In this document: piece by piece, positions 42,726 through 49,968 of the stretch
Layout of the letters: every line of letters begins with the position of its first letter
Numbering within the stretch: position 1 is the first letter of the stretch
Source of the DNA: an uncultured Acidimicrobiales bacterium
Lineage (GTDB): Bacteria; Actinomycetota; Acidimicrobiia; Acidimicrobiales; SHLQ01
Reading direction: 5' to 3'
DNA length: 64,000 nucleotides
NCBI GenBank assembly: GCA_964610745.1
Contig: CAZSYL010000002.1
Coordinates: 43,112-107,111, forward strand
Made by a program: the position numbers and the translations under genes
Notes under the pieces: model-generated
Databases searched by the model: none
Seen by the model: only the letters and a program-made list of their open reading frames with translations
Told to the model about the DNA's origin: nothing

Positions 42726-43594
42726 GGTCGGTCTCCTGTTGGTTCTTCTTCGTTGGCAACGACCGACGCAATGAACGAGTTGATCGCATCGGTGACAAAG
42801 TCCTGGTGGGCGTGCGGCTCGATGTAACGAGCGGGGGCGAGCAGCGAGGTTGCGTTGGGTAGTGCCACGGCGGTTTCGTCCGCTATCTCAGTCGGGTGCA
42901 AGGGATCGCGCTCGGTGGCGACGACGAGCGCCGGTTGAGTTACGGCTGCGAGGTCGGCAAGGTCGTCGATTGGATGGGAGTCGACCATGGCACCGAGAAC
43001 ATCGGGTCGACCGGTCTCCTCAACGCCGTCGATGGTCCGAGCAATGCTCGCTGCGGCAAGTGGAACCGTCGCCTCGATCTCCTGAAAGCGGCCGTCCGAT
43101 TCGAGGATGCCGCGAGCGGAGGAGACCCCGTCGCGATCGATCCAGGCGCCCATGGCGGCGATGATGTCGAGGTGTGGACGTCCAGGTTGGTCGGTCCAGG
43201 CTGGGCGAACGAGCACAAGTCCGGATACGCGTTGAGGAAAGTCCAGCGCGATTCGTAGCGCAATGCCCGAACCCATGGAGATACCACCGAAGATGGCTCG
43301 CTCAACATCGAGCTCATCGAGCAGGTCGACCATCGCATCGGCGAACGAACCGAAGCTGAGCGGTACCGCCGACCGGGCCGACTCGCCATGTGCTGGCGCG
43401 TCGATCACGATTCGCCGAACGCCCGAAACGCCCACAATCGCTGCCTGTGCCTGGGAACGAGATCCGCCAAGTCCGTGCAAGAACACGAGCGGGTATCCAA
43501 CGCCATCGTCGGAGAACGCGAGCCCGCTCGAGCCACGTTTCTCATTCGCTCGCTCCGGCCGTCCCACCCTTTGCACTGTACGGAGTAACCACAA
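42722..43594 (-). CDS. Alpha/beta hydrolase fold protein
   Basis: 290 aa, containing LVFLHGLGGS and the nucleophile elbow GISMGSG. The start is TTG at 43594; two GTG codons a few codons downstream are alternatives. It overlaps the next gene by 4 nt (ATGA). Confidence 0.75.
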   Translation of the reverse strand: MWLLRTVQRVGRPERANEKRGSSGLAFSDDGVGYPLVFLHGLGGSRSQAQAAIVGVSGVRRIVIDAPAHGESARSAVPLSFGSFADAMVDLLDELDVERAIFGGISMGSGIALRIALDFPQRVSGLVLVRPAWTDQPGRPHLDIIAAMGAWIDRDGVSSARGILESDGRFQEIEATVPLAAASIARTIDGVEETGRPDVLGAMVDSHPIDDLADLAAVTQPALVVATERDPLHPTEIADETAVALPNATSLLAPARYIEPHAHQDFVTDAINSFIASVVANEEEPTGDRP

Positions 43595-43650
43595 CGCTGT
43601 CAGGAAGCATTGGAGCTAGCGCCAAAGAACTAGTCACCAGGGATTTGTCT

Positions 43651-43686
43651 CGGGGTGCCTGGTCGTTTCGACGACGCAGGCACCCC
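43651..43686 (-). terminator. Long GC-rich hairpin after the 5'-nucleotidase gene (terminator candidate lacking a U-tract)
   Basis: CGGGGTGCCTGGTCGT-TTCG-ACGACGCAGGCACCCCG forms a stem of about 16 bp with one bulge. It sits 18 nt downstream of the stop at 43704. The U-run lies on the 5' side only. Confidence 0.5.
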
Positions 43687-43703
43687 GAAAAACAACGTGC
43701 TAC

Positions 43704-45998
43704 TTACTCGGCGAGAGGGACGATGCTCTGCGTCGAGAAGTTCTCAGGAGCCGACAAGACACCTTCGACATCTTGTTCGATGTAGTCGATGAAGATCTGC
43801 GCGTACTCGAGGAGCGTGTCCTCTAGACGACCGTCTTCAGCGACTGCTTCGAAGGTGAAGTAGCCATCGCCACCGCCAGCGGTGAAGCTGTTCGTCGCCA
43901 CCGTGAAGGTGGCAGCGGGATCGAGCGCAACGAACTCGCCGTCGATGAGCACCTCGATGTTGGAGAGGCGCTCACCGTCGGCTGCATTCAAATCGACGTC
44001 CCAGCGGATGCCCGCACCATACGGGTACGCACCGGTCGATCCATCGGGATCGATCGAGAAGGCGACCGCCTCTTCGAGAACCGCTGCAACTTCCTCGCCG
44101 GTCATCTCAAGGTTGACGATCGTGTTCGCGAACGGCAACAGCTCGAAGACGTCGGCGATCGTGATATCACCCTCAGGAATGTCGATACGAATGCCACCGG
44201 AGTTCTGGATAGCTATGTCAGCTTCGAACGAGCGTGCCAGGAAGGCATCGGTAACGAGCTGCTGGATGTCGCCACCGTTGACAGCTGTATCGGCAACGTC
44301 GCAGATCTGGCTGCGACCCTGACCGGGAATGCGCTCGAGGCAAAGATCCTCAGTCGCCTCACCAATCACCTGCTGTTGAAGCACTTCGACCTGTCCGGAG
44401 AACTGATCGAGCACCGCAGCTGCGTCGGCGTCAGGGGTGACGATCGAGAGCTCAGGCGTTGCTTCGACAAAGGCAATGACCTCGTCGCGAGCCTCACCGG
44501 TGAGTTCCTCACGATCGGCATCCTCTGATGGCTCACGCTGAAATGAGTCTGCGAGCAGAAGATGTGGTGTTCCTTCGCAGCTACTCACAACCCCGTCCTC
44601 GTCGAAGCTGACGTTGAGTTCACCGACAACCCAGCTGAACTGCCAGGCCTGAACAACACATACCGGGTTTCCATCAGCGTCGGTTACCCGCTGTGGGTAC
44701 TCACCGCTGGTGTTGAGTCCGAGATCCCCGAAGTTGCCGAGGAGCGAGTGGCTGTCGCCGCCGACGATGACGTCGACGCCGCTGACCTGCGATGCAAGGT
44801 CGAGGTCGTTCGCAAGCTGAATATGCGTGACGAGCACGATCTTGTTGATGCCCGCAGCACTGAGTAGATCGATCTGCGCCTGAGCGGTCTCGATCTCGTC
44901 GAGGAACTCTGTCGTGTCGAGTGGGCTCGAAGAGTTCTGCGTCTTGCCCGCAATGTTGATGCCGACATAGCCGACTCGCTCGCCGCCTTCGTATTCGATG
45001 ATGACGTTGTCGTCAAAGATCTTGTCGCCATTAGGAGCGAGCGGTGTGCCCGGTGCGGGAATGACGTTTGCGCCAAGCGTCGAGGTCTGACAGCTGTCGG
45101 ACCCATTGAGGTGACCAAGGAAATCGGCCAGACCCTGGTCGGAGCTATCAAACTCGTGGTTGCCGAGAGCAAACACATCGAAGCAGGCTTCATTCATGAG
45201 CGCCGCGTCGGCTTCTCCACCGAAGAGGCTGAAGAAGAGCGTGCCGGTAATCGCATCGCCAGCGTGAACCTTGACGACCTCACCGCTTGCGTTGGCTGCC
45301 AGCTCGTCGATCTTCGATACAACGCTTGGGAAGCCTCCGAACTGCACGCGGGTTTCGCCGCCTGGAAGTTCGAGATCACCCGAGTCGCTTTCGAGATGAC
45401 TGTGGTGGTCGTTGATGTGAAGGATCGTCAGATCGAACGGAGCGCCAGCAGGAGCACCGTCGTCTCCTCCTCCATCGCCGGGTTCGTCGACCGGTGGTGG
45501 TGGATCACCAACCGGAGCCCTCGCTCCGTCGGTGACGCTGTCCTCGCCCGGTCCGGGCCACAACGTGTTATCACCGCCGCCACCCTCAAGCTCATCGTTA
45601 CCGGCTTCGCCGAGCACGATGTCGTCGCCCTGGGCGCCGCGGAGCACATCGTCGCCGTTCCCACCGAAGAGGGTGTCGTTGCCCGCTCCGCCTTGGACGA
45701 TGTCGTTGTCGTTTCCGCCTTCAATGCGGTCGTCGCCCGGACCGCCAATGAGGATGTCGTCACCGGAATGTCCGCATATCGTGTCATTGCCCGCTCCGCC
45801 GTTGATGGCATCGGGACCGAGCGATCCAAAGATGACGTCGTCGCCATCAGTACCTACCGTGAGGATGCCGGACTCCTCGACGAGGATCGTCACCTCTTGA
45901 CCTCCACACGTCAGTGCGCCCTCGGCCGACACATTTGGTGCAGTGGCAACCAGTGCGCCCACCAGAGCGAGCGCTAGGCCCGCAGCTTTCAGTCTCAT
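43704..45998 (-). CDS. Secreted bifunctional metallophosphatase / 5'-nucleotidase with N-terminal RTX-type calcium-binding repeats
   Basis: 764 aa with the signal peptide MRLKAAGLALALVGALVATAPNVSAEG. About nine GGxGxD nonapeptide repeats occupy aa ~48-150. These are followed by ILHINDHHSHLE, GNHEFD and a 5'-nucleotidase C-terminal domain. Confidence 0.88.
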   Translation of the reverse strand: MRLKAAGLALALVGALVATAPNVSAEGALTCGGQEVTILVEESGILTVGTDGDDVIFGSLGPDAINGGAGNDTICGHSGDDILIGGPGDDRIEGGNDNDIVQGGAGNDTLFGGNGDDVLRGAQGDDIVLGEAGNDELEGGGGDNTLWPGPGEDSVTDGARAPVGDPPPPVDEPGDGGGDDGAPAGAPFDLTILHINDHHSHLESDSGDLELPGGETRVQFGGFPSVVSKIDELAANASGEVVKVHAGDAITGTLFFSLFGGEADAALMNEACFDVFALGNHEFDSSDQGLADFLGHLNGSDSCQTSTLGANVIPAPGTPLAPNGDKIFDDNVIIEYEGGERVGYVGINIAGKTQNSSSPLDTTEFLDEIETAQAQIDLLSAAGINKIVLVTHIQLANDLDLASQVSGVDVIVGGDSHSLLGNFGDLGLNTSGEYPQRVTDADGNPVCVVQAWQFSWVVGELNVSFDEDGVVSSCEGTPHLLLADSFQREPSEDADREELTGEARDEVIAFVEATPELSIVTPDADAAAVLDQFSGQVEVLQQQVIGEATEDLCLERIPGQGRSQICDVADTAVNGGDIQQLVTDAFLARSFEADIAIQNSGGIRIDIPEGDITIADVFELLPFANTIVNLEMTGEEVAAVLEEAVAFSIDPDGSTGAYPYGAGIRWDVDLNAADGERLSNIEVLIDGEFVALDPAATFTVATNSFTAGGGDGYFTFEAVAEDGRLEDTLLEYAQIFIDYIEQDVEGVLSAPENFSTQSIVPLAE

Positions 45999-46265
45999 TT
46001 TCTCCCCGTTTCATTCCAAAGGTTGGTTCTAATCGCATCCTTGTGTGAATGAGACTCTCTGTCCAGCGACTTTGGTTAAAAGACGACGAACTGTGGGAAA
46101 AATGTCGATTCATCTTCATCACGCCCCCCTTTGTCCCCAACGCTGGGAGAAGAGTTGGACTCACAGCACTAAGTGTTACTGGGCAACGATGCGCATCGCC
46201 ATGCCGTACCAACTCCGCGCCCTATGCCTCTCAGCTCGAGACAGCCCGGCCATACTGAGAATGCC

Positions 46266-46700
46266 ATGACGATGACGAACGAACGCCTCGATGCCATGAT
46301 TCGCGAGCATGCCGACGCCATACATCACAGCGACCTCGGTCGCTGGCAGTTCGACTACTACGGGCACAGCGTCATCGTGCTCACCGACGAGGTGCACAAC
46401 CGGATGCGGGTCATGACCCCGGTCGGTGAAGCCGCGGCGATGGACGAAGAACTGGCGATGGAATGTTTGCGTGCGAACTTCGACCGGGCTCTCGATGCCC
46501 GCTACGCAATCTCTGGCGACTACGTATGGAGCGCATTCATCCACCCACTCAGCGAGCTCAACGTGTCACAGGTCGTCGACGCGTTCAACCAGGTTGTCAG
46601 TCTCGCCGCCACCTACGGCACGAGCTTCACGAGCGGCAGCCTCGCCTTTGGACGCGCCGAGCAAGACACTAGCGACGAAGACGACCAGACCGACGGGTAA
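46266..46700 (+). CDS. Small acidic cytosolic protein, possibly of the secretion-chaperone-like (CesT/YbjN) superfamily
   Basis: I trimmed the track ORF to the ATG at 46266 (MTMTNERLDAMI). The pattern HNRMRVMTPV...LRANFDRALDARYAISGDYVWSAFIHPL resembles T3SS-chaperone-like families, from memory. Confidence in the function is low. Confidence 0.5.
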   Translation: MTMTNERLDAMIREHADAIHHSDLGRWQFDYYGHSVIVLTDEVHNRMRVMTPVGEAAAMDEELAMECLRANFDRALDARYAISGDYVWSAFIHPLSELNVSQVVDAFNQVVSLAATYGTSFTSGSLAFGRAEQDTSDEDDQTDG

Positions 46701-46737
46701 GACCAGTAGCCCGCAACCAAGCTCGCTGTGGCGAAAT

Positions 46738-46981
46738 GGGGTCAGGTCTCACTTTCACCCATAGTCCCTACGGGGTCAGGTCTCACTTTCACTTGCTGCG
46801 ACGTTGATCAGCCGAAACTCAACGGTTTGGGTGTGCAGCCTCGGACTTCATCACCTTGGCAGCCCGACTGTCGACAGCGGTTAACGAGCGACGACCGTTG
46901 TGAATTCAACAGCCTGAGGGCAAGTGCGTGAAAGTGAGACCTGACCCCAATCAATATGCAGTGAAAGTGAGACCTGACCCC
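46738..46981. repeat. Array of four copies of a 21-nt repeat, two direct and two inverted
   Basis: GGGGTCAGGTCTCACTTTCAC occurs at 46738-46758 and 46772-46792. The exact reverse complement GTGAAAGTGAGACCTGACCCC occurs at 46928-46948 and 46961-46981. The two inverted copies share a further AATCA. The array fills the convergent intergenic gap between 46700 and 47023. Confidence 0.9.
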
Positions 46982-47022
46982 AATCAGGATGGAGTGGGGT
47001 CCTCCTGATCTGGGAGAGAACA

Positions 47023-47421
47023 TCACGGGCCGTTGATGTCCTCTCGTCGCATGGCGATATCGGCCTCTAGCGTTCGCCCTCCAATTCCAATGATCGGCAC
47101 GCCATCGACTTCGGCGGTCACGGTCACCGTGACGAACTCGGTGCCCACGCTCGTCGACACGATTGCCTCGCCGACCGAACGTCTCGCTGCCGCGGTCGCT
47201 ACAGCCGATGCCGCTTCCGGCTCGACAGCCGCGGCCCTCGCACCTTCCCGCGCCGCGTTCTCAAGCCGAACCTGCATGGTCATCAACTGACCAACCCACA
47301 CAATGCCCGCAACACACAACACGAGCAGCGGGAGGATCAGCGCCATTTCCAGAGTGGCCTGACCTCGATCGTCTCCAAGGTCTCGCCGAGCTCGGCCCTG
47401 ACCCTCGCCGCTGCGCCACAT
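47023..47421 (-). CDS. TadE-like pilus/pseudopilin protein (helicase/secretion-neighbourhood type)
   Basis: These are the last 132 codons of the 258-aa track ORF. DDRGQATLEMALILPLLVLCVAGIVWVG is a TadE-type N-terminus. The start is proposed at the ATG at 47421, abutting the flp-like stop. Confidence 0.7.
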   Translation of the reverse strand: MWRSGEGQGRARRDLGDDRGQATLEMALILPLLVLCVAGIVWVGQLMTMQVRLENAAREGARAAAVEPEAASAVATAAARRSVGEAIVSTSVGTEFVTVTVTAEVDGVPIIGIGGRTLEADIAMRREDINGP

Positions 47422-47627
47422 CAGACGCGACCGATGATCGAGTCGATCACGGCATCGAAAAGCTCGGCTATCTTCCCTGTTCCTGAAGCCCAAGTCACCA
47501 CAATTAGAGCAATTGTGGCGACGCCGAGAAGGAGCAGAGCGTACTCGGCGGTGGATTGCCCCCGGTCGTCGACGAGCCGACTGCGAAGGGCGTGACCCAG
47601 GCGAAGAGCGATGGTTGTTTGCAACAT
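47421..47627 (-). CDS. Flp-like pilin, DUF4244 type (Rv3656c-like)
   Basis: 68 aa. The leader is followed by DDRGQSTAEYALLLLGVATIALIVV, a G/xxxxEY-type processing motif with a hydrophobic stretch. Confidence 0.75.
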   Translation of the reverse strand: MLQTTIALRLGHALRSRLVDDRGQSTAEYALLLLGVATIALIVVTWASGTGKIAELFDAVIDSIIGRV

Positions 47628-47723
47628 GATCGTTGCTCACTTTCAGTAGTTCATTGATTGGGCCTGCAGTCGCTGAATGCGCTGGGCCGAGACTTGCGAG
47701 CAACAGCTCGCACGATTGGATTT

Positions 47724-48242
47724 TCAGGTCGGAAGACCCGAAAGGGCTTCGACCAGCAGTGGTGCAATCGCCAACAGGACGAAGGCCGGAAGGATGCACA
47801 GCACGAGAGGAAACAGCAGGGACACGGTGAGCCGTTGCGCTGCCTCGTCGAGAGCGTTGGCCCGGTGGCGACGCAGATCGCGGATCAGAAACTCAAACTG
47901 CAATTGAAGCGAACCACCATCATGTTCGGCTCGACGCAACACGTCGAGCACGCGAACAATCTCGGGGGTCGGACCTCCACCGCGGGCCGTCTCGAGAATC
48001 GCGGTGTCGAGCGACGCCCCGAGTCGCAATCGCTCGTCGACCTCGGCGAAGTCCCGCGCAACGACACTCACCGCTCCCCCGGCAGTCGTGAGACCACAGA
48101 CCGATGAGATTGCCGCCCGGGGACTTTGGCCAGCGGCGGTGGCCAGGCTTAACAATGTCACGACCGCGGGCAGGCCGGTCGCGCGGTCGTGAGCGAGCTG
48201 ACGTGCCGTCCTTCGTTTCTTCAGAATCGACTCACCACTCAT
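47724..48242 (-). CDS. tadC: Type II secretion system F-domain protein, TadC-like
   Basis: 172 aa with a T2SSF-like soluble segment and C-terminal TM helices (LTVSLLFPLVLCILPAFVLLAIAPLLV). It overlaps the upstream gene (ATGA). Confidence 0.7.
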   Translation of the reverse strand: MSGESILKKRRTARQLAHDRATGLPAVVTLLSLATAAGQSPRAAISSVCGLTTAGGAVSVVARDFAEVDERLRLGASLDTAILETARGGGPTPEIVRVLDVLRRAEHDGGSLQLQFEFLIRDLRRHRANALDEAAQRLTVSLLFPLVLCILPAFVLLAIAPLLVEALSGLPT

Positions 48243-48838
48243 GCCAACCTCCGGAGCAGTCGTCGAATCCAGACCACCCCGACCAGATCGAACGCCAGGC
48301 CACCGGCCAGGAACACCGCGCCGAGTCGGCTGCCATAGACGAACCCGCGGGTCACCGAAGCCACCAACGCAAACACGAGCGGAAGCACCACCAGTACCGC
48401 AGCCGACATCTGGTTCTGCGTCAGCAGAATGCGACGCCGCTTGTCGTGGTCGACATCCTCACGAATGGCCTCGCCGACAGCATCGAGCGCGACCGCCAGA
48501 TCGGCTCCGGTGCTTACCCCCATCTCGATCACTCCGACGAGAAGCCGCTCCGCGTCAGATGTGGTGTGCGCAGCCCAATCGCGGCCAACTTCGGCGAACG
48601 GACGACCGACCGAGACGTGCGCGGCGGCAATGCGCAACGATCGGTGTTCGTGACCCATATCCTCATCCACCTGTACGACCGCCGACTCCAACGGAACACC
48701 TGCCCGGATAATCCGGGCCAGCCGCAGAGCGATTTCGGGTAGTTGTTCATTTGGCGACCGCACTCGACCGAACCGACCAGGACGGGGCCGGTGGAACGGG
48801 CGCGTCGTGCTGCGAGAAGCGGGTCGGCGCGTCGTCAT
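48239..48838 (-). CDS. tadB: Type II secretion system F-domain protein, TadB-like
   Basis: I trimmed the track ORF to the ATG at 48838, which overlaps the tadA stop (ATGA). It has C-terminal TM helices (MSAAVLVVLPLVFALVASV...). Confidence 0.7.
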   Translation of the reverse strand: MTTRRPASRSTTRPFHRPRPGRFGRVRSPNEQLPEIALRLARIIRAGVPLESAVVQVDEDMGHEHRSLRIAAAHVSVGRPFAEVGRDWAAHTTSDAERLLVGVIEMGVSTGADLAVALDAVGEAIREDVDHDKRRRILLTQNQMSAAVLVVLPLVFALVASVTRGFVYGSRLGAVFLAGGLAFDLVGVVWIRRLLRRLA

Positions 48839-49968
48839 GGCTGACCACCTGCGACAGACAGCTCGTACTCGGTCGTCATTTGCCACTGATTCGTCGGCGT
48901 GTCGGGCACGGCCGTGATCGAGGCGACCTGACGCCGACCATCGGGGCGTCGAGCCACCATCACCAGCAGATCGATGCACGAGGCCAGCTGTTCTCGAATC
49001 GCGGCAAGCGGCAGGTCAGCATCCCCAAGCAGCATCATCGTCTCGATCCGGCGTAGCGCATCAGCGGGCGTGTTTGCGTGCACCGTCGACATCGAACCAC
49101 GATGACCGGTGTTCATCGCCTGAATCAGATCGAGTGCTTCAGCGCCGCGCATCTCCCCGCAAATGATTCGATCGGGGCGCATTCTCAGCGCATGGCGGAC
49201 GAGCGTCCGCAAGCCAACCTCATCCACGCCTTCAGAAGCATTACGAGTCTCGAGCCGCACGACATGACCGCACTGCAGTCGGAGCTCTGCGGCATCTTCG
49301 ATCGTGATGATGCGAGTCTCCGAATCGATCCCATCGGCCAGCGCATTGAGCAACGTCGTCTTGCCTGAAGACGTTGCGCCTGCGACCACAATTGTCGAAG
49401 CATCAACGACGGCCTGGCGCAACAGCTGCGCTGCCTCGGGTTCACACATGTCGTCGAGGCTCACCCGGGCGTTGGTGAAACGACGGATCGTGATGCAAGG
49501 CCCATCCACCGCCAACGGCGCAATGATGCCGTGCAACCGCGAACCGTCGGCCAGGCGAACATCGACGCTCGGGTTTGCCAGATCGATGCGACGGCCGGAC
49601 TGGGCCGCGAGGCGACGCAGCAAGTGGTCGACATCGTCCTGTTCGACCCGGCGCCCAGTGTGCACCAACCGACCGGCCCGCTCGACCCACACCTCGCCTC
49701 CACCGTTCACCATGATCTCGGTGACCGACGGATCCGCAGCGAACTCGTGAAGCGGCCCGAGCCCATCGATTCGAGCTCGGACTTCGGCAACGATCCCTTC
49801 TCTACGTTCCGCCGGCGCCAGGGGAGCCAGTGTCGAGACGAGCTCGTCAATCCGGCCGAGCATCTGTGCGGTATCGCGGCCAACTGCGTCATCGATGTCA
49901 CGCCAGAGCGCCTCGTGGATCTGGCGAACCACCGTGTCATTGGACGGCCCCACGTCGGCGGCTACCAC
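48835..49968 (-). CDS. tadA: TadA/CpaF-family secretion ATPase
   Basis: 377 aa with Walker A VVAGATSSGKTTLLNAL, IITIEDAAEL, RPDRIICGEMRGAEA and the His-box GHRGSMSTVHAN. Confidence 0.9.
   Translation of the reverse strand: MVAADVGPSNDTVVRQIHEALWRDIDDAVGRDTAQMLGRIDELVSTLAPLAPAERREGIVAEVRARIDGLGPLHEFAADPSVTEIMVNGGGEVWVERAGRLVHTGRRVEQDDVDHLLRRLAAQSGRRIDLANPSVDVRLADGSRLHGIIAPLAVDGPCITIRRFTNARVSLDDMCEPEAAQLLRQAVVDASTIVVAGATSSGKTTLLNALADGIDSETRIITIEDAAELRLQCGHVVRLETRNASEGVDEVGLRTLVRHALRMRPDRIICGEMRGAEALDLIQAMNTGHRGSMSTVHANTPADALRRIETMMLLGDADLPLAAIREQLASCIDLLVMVARRPDGRRQVASITAVPDTPTNQWQMTTEYELSVAGGQP

Noticed and set aside
45111-45977. 288-aa plus-strand ORF
   Set aside because: It is antisense to the RTX-repeat region of the 5'-nucleotidase. 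The periodic GGxGxD coding repeats keep the opposite strand open.
45999-46265. Possible PHO-box-like direct repeats (TTCAC / TTCGT words) upstream of the 5'-nucleotidase gene
   Set aside because: The matches to the actinomycete PhoP direct-repeat consensus are too weak and too irregular to support by eye.
46738-46981. Possible CRISPR array
   Set aside because: There are only four units of 21 nt, in mixed orientation, with 12-13-nt gaps within the pairs and a 135-nt centre. No cas genes are present. I kept it as a repeat-element finding instead.
46808-47026. 72-aa ORF after the TadE-like gene with an internal ILIGVRSHFH duplication (a candidate second TadE-like or Rv3654c-like gene)
   Set aside because: The duplication is simply the translation of two copies of the 21-nt repeat. 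There is no TadE-type hydrophobic N-terminus. It is most likely non-coding.
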